Source: Thermoanaerobaculia bacterium (lineage in GTDB: Bacteria; Acidobacteriota; Thermoanaerobaculia; Multivoradales; JAIOJS01). From it: DNA of 64,000 nt. Location: assembly GCA_963806095.1 (NCBI GenBank), contig CAWDWV010000005.1:64283-128282 (forward strand), in the 5' to 3' direction. Position numbers and translations under genes: made by a program. Positions 8,227 through 16,988 of the stretch are shown one piece after another. Position 1 is the stretch's first letter. The number at the start of each line of letters is the position of its first letter. The notes beneath the pieces were generated by a model. That model was not told the DNA's origin. It saw only the letters and a program-made list of their open reading frames with translations, and did no database searches.

Positions 8227-8459
8227 GCGCTCACCGGTAGCTTGCGCGTACACGGTCTCGTCGGCGGAGTCGCGGCACGCGTCTCGCACGTCCGACAATG
8301 GAACCAAGAGTGCAGAGGCGCCACACGCCACCATCTCGGGAGCAGGCGGGCGGCGCTCTTCACCGGGTCGAAAGCCACCTGCCAGGCCCCCTCCCAACCG
8401 TCGAGACGGGGGACCGGCGCCGCCGGCGAGACCGCGCTCGACGCCACCGCTGACCACCC

Positions 8460-9206
8460 ATGGCGATAGCCGACGACGTCCGCACTGCCTTGGATCGCGG
8501 CGACCTGTTCGTCGAGTACCTGCCGACGGTGACCCTCGCCGACGACGCCTGCGTCGGCGCCGAGGCGCTGGTGCGCTGGCGGCGCGGCAACGTCGTCGTC
8601 ACGGCAGGCGACTTCATCCCGCAGATCGAGAACACGCCGCTGTCCGGAAAGATCACCTACTGGGTCATGGAGCGGGTGGCCGAGGAGCTGGGGAGCTGGC
8701 TCGACGCCAACCGCCAGGCATGGGTGAGCATCAACGTGCCGCCGGAGATCCTCGGCCGCGGCGGCCTCGAGTACGTCGCCATCCGCTCCGGGCTCCACGA
8801 TCGCGTCGCGCAGATCGTGCTCGAGGTCACCGAACGCGGCGTCCCGGACCGGCTGGGGCTCGACGCCCTCAACATGATGACCGAGCGCGGCGTGCGCGTG
8901 GCGCTCGACGACACCACGCTCTCGGGCACCAACCTGGCGCTGCTGGTCCGCGCCAAGCTCGACATGATCAAGCTCGACACCAAGGTGACCGCCCAGCTCG
9001 CGCCCGACCTGCCGCCGCCGGACTGGCTGGCGGGGCTGCAGGCGCTGGTCCGCCGCTCCTCGCTGCAGGTCGTCGCCGAGGGGGTCGAGACCGACTACCA
9101 GGCGAAGTGGTTGCGCGCGGCGGGGGTGCAGATGGCGCAGGGCTACCTCTTCTCCCGGCCGCTGCCGGCGCGGGGTTTCCAGAGGCTCTACGCCAACGGT
9201 CGCTGA
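8460..9206 (+). CDS. Stand-alone EAL-domain protein (c-di-GMP phosphodiesterase)
   Basis: GAEALVRW (EAL), VSINVPPE, LEVTERG, ALDDTTLSG, MIKLD, AEGVET and QGYLFSRP are all present in canonical order. There is no N-terminal sensor domain. Confidence 0.85.
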   Translation: MAIADDVRTALDRGDLFVEYLPTVTLADDACVGAEALVRWRRGNVVVTAGDFIPQIENTPLSGKITYWVMERVAEELGSWLDANRQAWVSINVPPEILGRGGLEYVAIRSGLHDRVAQIVLEVTERGVPDRLGLDALNMMTERGVRVALDDTTLSGTNLALLVRAKLDMIKLDTKVTAQLAPDLPPPDWLAGLQALVRRSSLQVVAEGVETDYQAKWLRAAGVQMAQGYLFSRPLPARGFQRLYANGR

Positions 9207-9273
9207 GAGAGAGCGGCTCCAGCAGGTACCATGGGCGCACGGTTCCGACACGCCGGGCCGAGCGAGGTGGAGA

Positions 9274-10326
9274 GTGGCCAAGCAGGGCAGCCGTGTGGTT
9301 TCCGTGGTCGACGACGACGCGTCGCTGCGGCGATCGCTTGCCCGCCTGCTCGGCTCGGCGGGCTGGGAGGTGGAGACGTTCGCCTCCGCCGAGGCGTTCC
9401 TCGCCGGCTCGCAGCGAGGCCGCGTCGGCTGCGTCCTGCTCGACCTGCACATGCCGGGCATGGGCGGCCTCGACCTGCTGCGCCGCCTGACCGCGACCGG
9501 TTGGGACCGGCGAGTGATCATCGTGACGGCGCACGGCGGCGACGGGCCCCGGCGGCGCTGCCTGCAGGCCGGCGCCGCGGCATTCCTCGAGAAGCCGGTT
9601 TCCAGCACGGCGCTCCTCGCCGCGGTGAGCTCGGCGATGTCCGCGCCCGGCGGCGAGCCGGTCGATGCGGCCGTCGATTCCAGCCTGCGGCACATCGAGC
9701 TCGCCGGCGGCACCCTCGGCATCCACCGTCACGTCTGCGCCTTCTTCAACGGCGCGGAGGAGGAGGACCGGCTCCTGCGTTCCTTCATCAAGGACGGCAT
9801 CGATGCCGGCGAGAAGGGGTTCCACATCGTCGACCCGGGGCGGCGCGACGACTACCTGACGCGGCTCCGCGAGGCGGGCGTCGACGTCGAGCGCACGTTG
9901 GCTACGGGTCAGCTCGAGGTGGTGCCGTGGCAGGAGGCTTACCTGCGCGGCGATCGCTTCGAGATGGACGCCATGCTCGAGCTGATCGAGGGGATCCTGG
10001 CGGAGGGCGCCGCCGAAGGCTACTCGCTCACCCGCCTCGTCGCACACATGGAATGGGCCTTGCTCGACAACCCGGGTGTCGACGACCTGCTCGAATACGA
10101 GGCCCGGCTCCACTACGTCCTCCCCAAGTACCACGATCCGGTGATCTGCACCTACGACCTGTCGCAATTCAACGCCAGCGTCGCCATCGACGTCATGCGC
10201 ACCCACCCGATGGTGATCGTCGGTGGCGTCCTGCAGGAGAACCCGTTCTTCGTGCCACCCGACCAGCTCCTGCTCGAGATCCGCGAGCGGCGCTCGGCTC
10301 GCAAGGCAGCCCACATCCCGGACTGA
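9274..10326 (+). CDS. Response regulator: receiver domain fused to a MEDS domain
   Basis: Receiver motifs are VVDDDAS, VLLDLHMPGMGG and FLEKP. The C-terminal ~190 aa (HVCAFFNGAEEEDRLLRSFIKDGIDAGEKGFHIV...RLVAHMEWAL...PVICTYDL) matches the MEDS (DcmR-like) pattern. Confidence 0.85.
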   Translation: MAKQGSRVVSVVDDDASLRRSLARLLGSAGWEVETFASAEAFLAGSQRGRVGCVLLDLHMPGMGGLDLLRRLTATGWDRRVIIVTAHGGDGPRRRCLQAGAAAFLEKPVSSTALLAAVSSAMSAPGGEPVDAAVDSSLRHIELAGGTLGIHRHVCAFFNGAEEEDRLLRSFIKDGIDAGEKGFHIVDPGRRDDYLTRLREAGVDVERTLATGQLEVVPWQEAYLRGDRFEMDAMLELIEGILAEGAAEGYSLTRLVAHMEWALLDNPGVDDLLEYEARLHYVLPKYHDPVICTYDLSQFNASVAIDVMRTHPMVIVGGVLQENPFFVPPDQLLLEIRERRSARKAAHIPD

Positions 10327-10336
10327 TGGTGAGCTG

Positions 10337-11986
10337 ATGGCCACCGATCCCGGCGAGGTTCGCCGCCTGCGAACGGCGCTGCGGGACCTGGTCGCCCTGT
10401 CGACCATCCCGGCGGCGTGGGCCGGCCGGGAACCGGCGACGATCGCCCTCGGCCTCGCCGAGGCGCTGGTGGGCTGGCTGCGGCTCGACTTCGCCTTCGT
10501 GCGCCTCCACGATCCCGGCGGCGGCGCCGCCAGCTCGGGTACCCGCGGGGATGCCTGGAAGGAGTTCCCCGACTGGCTGCAGCGTCACGACGCCGCCGGC
10601 CGCCCGACACGGAAGGAGATCGTCCCCGACGTCGGCGGCGGCGCGGAGCGCTACCCCGGCCTCGTCATCCCGATCGGCGCCAACGGCGGCGCCGGGCTGG
10701 TTGCCGTCGCCTGCACGCGTCCGGGCTTCCCCAGCGAGACCGACCACCTCCTCCTCTCGGTGGCGGCGAACCAAGCGGCGACCGCGTTCGAGAGCGCGCG
10801 CCTCGCCGACGAGCGCCGCGGCGCCGTGGAACGGCTCCGCAAGACGCGCGCCGAGCTGGAGACGAAGGTGGCGGACCGGGCGTCCGAGCTGCACCGGACC
10901 AGCAGCGAGCTGCGAACGATCCTCGACGCCTCGCCCCTGGGGCTGGTGCTCCTGCGGCCGGACCTCGCCGTGCAGCGCTGCAACGCTGCCTTCGAACGGC
11001 TGTTCGGCTGGACCGCCGACGAGGTCGTCGGCCGCCTGTTTCCGGTCGACGAGAGGATCGAGGAGCGGTGGGCGCCGCTGGCGGTGCGGCTGGAGGGCGG
11101 CAAGGCGTTCTCCGGCCTCGAGGTCCGCCTGCGGCGCAAGGACGGCTCGGAGCTCGATGCCGCCCTGGCGTCCGCGCCGCTGTGGGACGAGGAAGGCCAA
11201 CCTGCCGGGCTGGTCGCCACCATCGAGGACATCGGCGACCGCAAGCGCGGCGAGGAGTCGCTGCGCCAGGCGCGAGCGGAGCTGGCGCACGTCACCCGCC
11301 TGACCAGCCTGGGAGAGCTCGCGGCCTCGATCGCCCACGAGATCCAGCAACCGCTCGCCGCCATCGTCGCCGACGCCACGGCGTCGCTCAACCTGCTGGC
11401 CCGGGCCGGCCCGGAGGTGCCGGAGATCGGCCTGGTGCGCGAGGCGGTCGCCGACATCGTCACCGAGGGGCATCGCGCCGCCGAGATCGTCCAGCGGATC
11501 CGGCAGCTGGCGACGAAAAACGATCCGCAGAAGGCGCCGCTCGACGTCAACGACGTCATCCAGGCCGTGGCGAGGCTGGTGCGGAGCGAGCTGCTCCGCC
11601 GGGCGCCGCTGCGCCTCAGGCTGGCCGAGAGGCTGCCGCCCGTCCTCGGCGACCGCGTGCAGCTCCAGCAGGTCATCCTCAACCTGCTGATGAACGGCGT
11701 CGAGGCGATGGAGGCGGTCGACGACCGCCCGCGCCAGGTGGAGGTCCGCTCGCAGCTCGTCGCCGGCGACCGCGTCCGGGTGGCGGTCCGCGACACCGGC
11801 ACCGGCCTCGATCCCGCACACGTCGACCGGCTGTTCGACCCCTTCTTCACCACCAAGCCGGGCGGCATGGGGATGGGCCTGTCGATCAGCCGCTCGATCG
11901 TCGAGGCGCACGGCGGCCGGCTGTGGGCGACGGCCAACGCCGAGCACGGCGCCACCTTCCAGTTCGAGCTGCCGGCGCTGCGGTGA
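10337..11986 (+). CDS. Sensor histidine kinase (GAF-like + PAS + HisKA + HATPase_c)
   Basis: The ATG at 10337 lies 8 nt after the regulator stop. PAS-like segment LRTILDASPLGLVLLRPD...FGWTADEVVG. H-box SIAHEIQQPLAAI, N-box LNLLMNGVEAM, G1 DTGTGLD, G2 GGMGMGLSISRSIVEAHGG. Confidence 0.85.
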   Translation: MATDPGEVRRLRTALRDLVALSTIPAAWAGREPATIALGLAEALVGWLRLDFAFVRLHDPGGGAASSGTRGDAWKEFPDWLQRHDAAGRPTRKEIVPDVGGGAERYPGLVIPIGANGGAGLVAVACTRPGFPSETDHLLLSVAANQAATAFESARLADERRGAVERLRKTRAELETKVADRASELHRTSSELRTILDASPLGLVLLRPDLAVQRCNAAFERLFGWTADEVVGRLFPVDERIEERWAPLAVRLEGGKAFSGLEVRLRRKDGSELDAALASAPLWDEEGQPAGLVATIEDIGDRKRGEESLRQARAELAHVTRLTSLGELAASIAHEIQQPLAAIVADATASLNLLARAGPEVPEIGLVREAVADIVTEGHRAAEIVQRIRQLATKNDPQKAPLDVNDVIQAVARLVRSELLRRAPLRLRLAERLPPVLGDRVQLQQVILNLLMNGVEAMEAVDDRPRQVEVRSQLVAGDRVRVAVRDTGTGLDPAHVDRLFDPFFTTKPGGMGMGLSISRSIVEAHGGRLWATANAEHGATFQFELPALR

Positions 11987-11997
11987 CCCAGTCCGGT

Positions 11998-12016
11998 GGT
12001 GACCAAAGTCCAATAG
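11998..12016. promoter_or_regulatory. Recurrent motif, copy C (reverse orientation, one base shorter): GGTGACCAAAGTCCAATAG
   Basis: The reverse complement CTATTGGACTTTGGTCACC aligns with CTATTGGACCTTTGGCCAAG at 8171..8190. It sits 60 nt upstream of the DUF4136 lipoprotein start. Confidence 0.3.
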
Positions 12017-12076
12017 CGGACTCCCCAATCTCGTTCCTAGACTGCCGGGGCGAGAACACACAAGGGGAACACACAG

Positions 12077-12646
12077 ATGCGAAACCTGCGGACACTCAGT
12101 CTGGCAGCGGGCGCGGGTCTCATGGTGGCGTGCGCGGGTCTCCTGGGCGCGTGCGCGACCACCGACACGCGGTACGACTACGACCGCCGCGTCGACCTCT
12201 CGAAGATCCAGACCTATCGCTGGGTCGTGCTCGAGGGGGCGGAGCGGCCGAATCAGCTCACGGACCAGGCCATCCGGGAAGCGATCGACAACACGCTCGC
12301 GCGCAAGGGCCTCAGGCGCGCCGCCGGCGAGAGCGACCCGGTCGACGCGCTGGTCGCCTACCAGGTCTCGCTCTCGCAGGAGCAGCAGATCACCAGCTAC
12401 GGCGGCGGCTACGGCTACGGCGGTTATGGGTGGGGCGGCGGCGGCATGGAGACCGCGACCACCTCGACCATCCACATCGGGACCCTGGTGTTCGACTTCT
12501 ACGACCCGGCGAGCAAGAACCTCCTGTGGAGGGGGCAGGCGAGCAAGACGCTCAACCCGAGCAAGGACCCCGACAAGAACCGCGAGCGGCTGCAGTTGGC
12601 GGTCGACAAGCTCCTCGAGACCTTTCCGCCACCGCCGAAGACGTAG
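12077..12646 (+). CDS. DUF4136-like lipoprotein
   Basis: Lipobox LLGAC. It has a Gly/Tyr-rich loop (SYGGGYGYGGYGWGGGG) and GTLVFDFYDPASKNLLWRGQASKTL, typical of DUF4136. Confidence 0.75.
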   Translation: MRNLRTLSLAAGAGLMVACAGLLGACATTDTRYDYDRRVDLSKIQTYRWVVLEGAERPNQLTDQAIREAIDNTLARKGLRRAAGESDPVDALVAYQVSLSQEQQITSYGGGYGYGGYGWGGGGMETATTSTIHIGTLVFDFYDPASKNLLWRGQASKTLNPSKDPDKNRERLQLAVDKLLETFPPPPKT

Positions 12647-12664
12647 CCGCAAAGGAGCGAAGCG

Positions 12665-13246
12665 ATGTCTCGCCTCGGGATTCGCGCGGCGGCGTTGCTC
12701 GCCGCGGCGTCGGCCCTCGCCGCGTGCTCCACCCTCACCAGCATCACCGAGTCGTGGAAGGCGCCCGGCACGGCCTCGCTGGACTTCCAGAAAGTCGTGG
12801 TGCTCGCCCTGGTCCGCGACGAGTCGGCGCGGCGGGTGGCGGAGGACGCCCTGCAGTCCAAGCTCGTCGGCGTGCCGACGGTGCAGAGCTACAAGGTGCT
12901 CTCGCCGGAGGAGTATCGCAACAAGGAACGCGCGAAGCAGCGGCTGCGCGACGACGGGTTCGACGGCGTCGTCGCCATGCGCGTGCTCTCCGCCGAGCAG
13001 CACGCTACCGGGGCGCCGGGAGGGTATTCCAGCTTCTGGGGCTACTACGACGCCTTCTACCCGCCGATGGACCTGCGACTCGACACCGTGGTGCGGGTCG
13101 AGATCAACGTCTATTCGCTGACCGAGGACAAGCTGCTTTGGGCCGGGCGCAGCGAGACGCTCGACCCGCAGAACATCACTCAGCTCATCAGCGAGATCGT
13201 CGACGCCGCCGGCAGGGAGCTGCGCAAGCAGGGCCTGATCTCGTAG
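12665..13246 (+). CDS. Lipoprotein, DUF4136-related
   Basis: RBS AAGGAG. Lipobox ALAAC. VRVEINVYSLTEDKLLWAGRSETL parallels the preceding paralogue. Confidence 0.7.
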   Translation: MSRLGIRAAALLAAASALAACSTLTSITESWKAPGTASLDFQKVVVLALVRDESARRVAEDALQSKLVGVPTVQSYKVLSPEEYRNKERAKQRLRDDGFDGVVAMRVLSAEQHATGAPGGYSSFWGYYDAFYPPMDLRLDTVVRVEINVYSLTEDKLLWAGRSETLDPQNITQLISEIVDAAGRELRKQGLIS

Positions 13247-13259
13247 CAGGGTGCCGATC

Positions 13260-15446
13260 ATGAAAAGGCGCGCGGCGATCGCGGCGTGCGCGGGGTGGTT
13301 CCTGCTGCCGTTGCCGGCATGGCCGCAAGACGAAGTCGCGCCGGCGCCGCCGACGCGGCCGCGCATCGGCCTCGCCCTCGCCGGCGGCGGCGCCAGGGGC
13401 GCCGCCCACGTCGGCGTGCTCGAGATGCTGGAGGAGCTCCACGTGCCGGTGGACTACGTCGCCGGCACCAGCATGGGCGCCATCATCGGCGGCCTGTACG
13501 CCGGCGGGCTGTCCGCGGACGAGCTGCGCGAGGCCCTGCTGGCGATCGACTGGGCGGACGCCCTCTCCGACTCGCCGCGGCGCCAGGACCTCTCCTTCCG
13601 CCGCAAGGAGGACGACCGGCGATACCTCTTCGACCTCGAGGGCGGCATTCGCGGCAGCCGGCTGCGCTTCCCCTCCGGCCTGCGCTCCGGCCAGAAGCTC
13701 GGCTTCCTGCTGCAGCACCTCACCCTGGGCGCGGCGTCGACCGACGACTTCGACCGCCTGCCCATCCCCTTCCGCGCCGTGGCGACGGACATCCACACCG
13801 GTGACCCCGTCGTCCTCGGCCACGGCTCGCTGGCGACGGCGCTGCGCGCCAGCATGGCGATCCCCGGCGTCTTCACCGCCGTCGAGCTCGACGGGCGGAC
13901 GCTGGTCGACGGCGGCATCAGCAACAACCTGCCGGTGGACGTCGTCCGCGCCATGGGGGCCGACGTCGTCATCGCCGTCGACCTCCGGCTGCCGCCTCCC
14001 GAGGAGATCGCCAGCTACCTCCAGATCACCGGCCAGCTCACCCAGCTGCTGACGCAGAAGAACATGGAGGCTCGCCTCGCGCAAGCCGACGTCGTCATCC
14101 ACCCCGACGTGGACGGCTACACGACGATGGGCTTCGACAAGGTCGCCGAGCTGTGCGACCTCGGACGCCGCCAGGCCGAGCTCCAGGCCGACGAGCTGCG
14201 GCGCCTCGCCATCCCCGCCGAGGAGCACGCGCGGCTGCGCGCCGCGCAGCGCCGCGCCGCGCCACCGCCGCCGGTGATCCGCGCTATTCGCTTCGCCGGC
14301 AACGAGCGCGTCGACGAACGGGTGGTGCGCCCGCTGGTGCGGGTGGAGCTCGGCGAGCCGCTCGACTTCGCCGACCTCGAGAGCAGCCTGCTCGGCATCT
14401 ACGGGCTGGGCTACTTCCAGCAGGTCTCCTTCGCGCTCGCCGGCGAGGGGAGCGAACGTGAGCTGGTGATCGAGATGATGGAAAAGCCGTGGGGGCCGCA
14501 CTACCTGCGCGCCGGCATCGCCAGCAGCTCGGAGGCGACGGCGACCGAGGCGAGCTTCAACTTCCTCCTCAACCTGACCTCGGCGCCGCTCGACCGGCAC
14601 GGCGCCGAGCTGCGCAACGACTTGGTGCTGGGCTCCGAGCTCTCGCTCGTCAGCGAGCTGTACAAGCCGCTGAGCTTCGGCCGCAACTGGTTCGTCGCGC
14701 CGCGCGGCGGCGTGCGCTACCACGACGTGCCGTTCTTCGAGGACGGCCGGGAGATCGTCACCCTCGGCGTCCGCAACTTCGCGGCGGCGGTGGACCTCGG
14801 CTACCAGTTCGGCCAGTACGCCGAGGCCCGGCTCGGCGTACGTTCGGAGTGGGTGGACGCCAAGGTCAAGCGCGGCCAGGGCGAGCTCGCCGACGACAGC
14901 GTGCAGGCGGCAGGGTGGGAGACGCGATGGACGCTCGACCGGCTCGACGACGGCGGCATCCCGACCGTCGGTGCCTACGCGCAGCTCAGCGCCTTCCACG
15001 CCACGGACGCGCTGGGCTCGGACGAGGAGTACACGCAGGTGGCCCTCGACGTCGCCGACTGGCAGAGCGTCGGCCGCGGCGTCCTCTTCGGCTCGCTCTC
15101 GGGCGGCCTCAGCCCCGGCTCGGACCTGCCGATCTACGCCCAGTTCGACCTCGGCGGCCTGCTGTCGCTCTCCGGCTTCGCCGACCGCGAGCTGCTGGGG
15201 CAGGAGTACGGAGTGGCGCGCGCCGGCTACTACCATCGGCTCAACAAGCGGTCGCTCTACGCCGGCGGCTGGCTGGAGGCGGGCAACGTGTGGCCGAGCG
15301 GCGACGACGTCGGCACCAGCGACCTGATCACCGCCTTCACCGCCGCCCTGCTCCTCGACTCCAAGCTCGGGCCGGTGATCCTCGCCTACGGCCGCGCCGA
15401 GGGCGGCGACGACAAGCTCTACCTCTCGATCGGCCGCAGCCCGTGA
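13260..15446 (+). CDS. Patatin-like phospholipase fused to POTRA + Omp85 beta-barrel (PlpD-like, type Vd secretion architecture)
   Basis: Signal peptide MKRRAAIAACAGWFLLPLPAWPQ. Patatin motifs are GLALAGGGARGAAHVG, GTSMGA (GxSxG) and VDGGISNNLP (DGG). POTRA-like segment IRAIRFAGNERVDERVVRPLVRVELGEPLDFADLESSLLGIYGLGYF. A ~330-aa barrel region follows. An in-frame GTG at 13251 is an alternative start. Confidence 0.85.
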   Translation: MKRRAAIAACAGWFLLPLPAWPQDEVAPAPPTRPRIGLALAGGGARGAAHVGVLEMLEELHVPVDYVAGTSMGAIIGGLYAGGLSADELREALLAIDWADALSDSPRRQDLSFRRKEDDRRYLFDLEGGIRGSRLRFPSGLRSGQKLGFLLQHLTLGAASTDDFDRLPIPFRAVATDIHTGDPVVLGHGSLATALRASMAIPGVFTAVELDGRTLVDGGISNNLPVDVVRAMGADVVIAVDLRLPPPEEIASYLQITGQLTQLLTQKNMEARLAQADVVIHPDVDGYTTMGFDKVAELCDLGRRQAELQADELRRLAIPAEEHARLRAAQRRAAPPPPVIRAIRFAGNERVDERVVRPLVRVELGEPLDFADLESSLLGIYGLGYFQQVSFALAGEGSERELVIEMMEKPWGPHYLRAGIASSSEATATEASFNFLLNLTSAPLDRHGAELRNDLVLGSELSLVSELYKPLSFGRNWFVAPRGGVRYHDVPFFEDGREIVTLGVRNFAAAVDLGYQFGQYAEARLGVRSEWVDAKVKRGQGELADDSVQAAGWETRWTLDRLDDGGIPTVGAYAQLSAFHATDALGSDEEYTQVALDVADWQSVGRGVLFGSLSGGLSPGSDLPIYAQFDLGGLLSLSGFADRELLGQEYGVARAGYYHRLNKRSLYAGGWLEAGNVWPSGDDVGTSDLITAFTAALLLDSKLGPVILAYGRAEGGDDKLYLSIGRSP

Positions 15447-15496
15447 GGCGCTGAAACGGAGAGCACGCCGGGAACCGGCCCGATCTCGGCCGGCGG

Positions 15497-16849
15497 TCAC
15501 CGCCTGGGCCGCGTGCGGCCGCGCGCTGCCTCCACCCAGACCTGCACCTCGGCGCGGCGCGGCACGTCGGCGCCGGTGCGGTCAGCGAGCTGGCCCAAGC
15601 GCGCCGCCAGCGCCGCGGCGTCCTGGCGGCCCAGGGTGGCGACGTCGAGGACTCCCACCGCGGCGAGCTGCGCGGCGGCGCGCGAGCCCATGCCTTTGTG
15701 GATCGCCAGCGCGGCCTGTCGCGCGGCGGGCACCAGCATCTCAGGGCGCAGGCGCGCGGCGGCGGCGACGGCCGAGACGCCGCGGCGGGCGACGGCGCGC
15801 TCGAGCCGCTCGGGCGTCTCGATGCCGGCGCGCTCGAGTGCAGCCGTGCCGTCGGCACCAAGCCCGGCGAGCTCGTCGAGCAGCGGACGACGAGAGCGCA
15901 CGGTGTCGGCGAGGACGTGGCGGAACACCTGGACGCAGAAGATCGCGGCCACCAGCGAGGCGATCGCGAGCAGCGGCTTGCGCAGCGTCCGGCGCGGCTG
16001 CAGCAGCGACCAGGTGGCGAAGGCACCGACCGCCAGCGGCGGGAACCCGAGGAAGCCCAGCAACGGCATCTCGAAGAGCTTGAGCCGGTCGAAGAAGGGG
16101 ACCGTATAGATCCACTTGCAGCGGGCCCAGAAGTTGAGCAGCTCCCACACCACTCCGGCGAGCAGGCCGCCGGCGAGCAGGCGCAGCAGCCGCTGCGGCC
16201 GGCCCTGCGAGAGGTCGCGCAGCAGCGACTCGCCGCCGCGGCGCCAGTTGGCGAGCTCGGGCAGCCAGAGCGTGGCGCCCCAAACCAGCGGAAACGCCCA
16301 GCGCGGCCAGACCAGCGGCGCCACCAGCGACGCGACGCCGAGCGCCGCCACGGTCAGCTCCGTTCCGCGCCCGACGCGCAGCGGCCGCCAGCGCCGGCGC
16401 TCGAAGAGCCCGGCCGCCGCCACCAGCTCGGCGTGGAGCAGGCACGCCGGCAGCACGGTGGCGAACGCGAGCACCGACACCAGAAGCTGCAGCCGATCGT
16501 TGCGCAGCGTGAAGACGTAGTACCAGTTTTGAAGCCGCAGGTCGTAGGCCTCGTAGAGATACCAGAACGGCACCGAGGCGATCAGCATCGCCGGCAGCCG
16601 CCGCCCCTGCGCCGCGATCCACGACCGCCCCGCGAGCGCGAACACCCCGGCGTCGAGCGCCAGCAGCCAGGCGTACCAGGCGAAGACGTACCAGACCGCG
16701 TTCCACCCCGGCACGTCGGCGACGAGGGTCCACAGCCCGAGGGCGAGCAACGGCACCGCGCCGAGCGACCACCACGGGCGAGCCGTAAGACGAGCTCCAG
16801 GCCGAGCCGTCGGTCGAGTCCCCCTCGCGTCGCGGACCGGGTCCACCAC
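15497..16849 (-). CDS. Polytopic membrane protein with C-terminal helix-hairpin-helix (DUF4332-like) repeats
   Basis: 450-aa ORF with ~8 hydrophobic segments (e.g. WYVFAWYAWLLALDAGVFAL, LLVSVLAFATVLPACLL). The C-terminal soluble part has two LAGLGADGTAALERAGIETPERL / MGSRAAAQLAAVGVLDVATL-type HhH motifs. Function is unknown. Confidence 0.6.
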   Translation of the reverse strand: MVDPVRDARGTRPTARPGARLTARPWWSLGAVPLLALGLWTLVADVPGWNAVWYVFAWYAWLLALDAGVFALAGRSWIAAQGRRLPAMLIASVPFWYLYEAYDLRLQNWYYVFTLRNDRLQLLVSVLAFATVLPACLLHAELVAAAGLFERRRWRPLRVGRGTELTVAALGVASLVAPLVWPRWAFPLVWGATLWLPELANWRRGGESLLRDLSQGRPQRLLRLLAGGLLAGVVWELLNFWARCKWIYTVPFFDRLKLFEMPLLGFLGFPPLAVGAFATWSLLQPRRTLRKPLLAIASLVAAIFCVQVFRHVLADTVRSRRPLLDELAGLGADGTAALERAGIETPERLERAVARRGVSAVAAAARLRPEMLVPAARQAALAIHKGMGSRAAAQLAAVGVLDVATLGRQDAAALAARLGQLADRTGADVPRRAEVQVWVEAARGRTRPRR

Positions 16850-16917
16850 GCGACGGATCTTAGGGTCGAGAGCGCCTCGCGGCCGCCCTTCTCCTTCGGA
16901 CCGTTAGGGTTATCTGC

Positions 16918-16926
16918 TGGTAAACT
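16918..16926 (+). promoter_or_regulatory. Extended -10-like box TGGTAAACT upstream of the kinase gene
   Basis: This is the only AT-rich hexamer in the 139-nt intergenic region, 62 nt before ATG 16989. I could not fit a convincing -35 element. Confidence 0.3.
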
Positions 16927-16988
16927 GACCGCCGCCGTCGCCGCCCCTCCCCGCCTGACCCCATCGAGCTCCAAGCGGCGCGTTTCCA

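Noticed and set aside
10193-13366. 1,057-aa minus-strand ORF, together with similar giants: 22140..26714 (+), 26777..29989 (+), 55940..59104 (+), 55968..58802 (-), 13188..15500 (-), 16860..18761 (-), 61706..63841 (-), 8148..9722 (-) and 8968..10407 (-).
   Set aside because: Their composition is dominated by Arg/Ala/Gly/Pro/Asp runs with no recognisable motifs. Each lies antisense to, or off-frame of, a gene with clear family signatures. These are typical stop-poor shadow frames of ~70% GC DNA.
13260-15446. Patatin lipases (here and at 21807..24218) together with the cyclic-nucleotide enzymes (53092..55901) as a CBASS-like anti-phage system.
   Set aside because: No CD-NTase/cyclase, no SAVED/STING/CARF sensor domain, and no physical linkage are present. 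The patatins carry secretion or membrane architectures (Omp85 barrel, TM block), not CapV-like soluble effectors.
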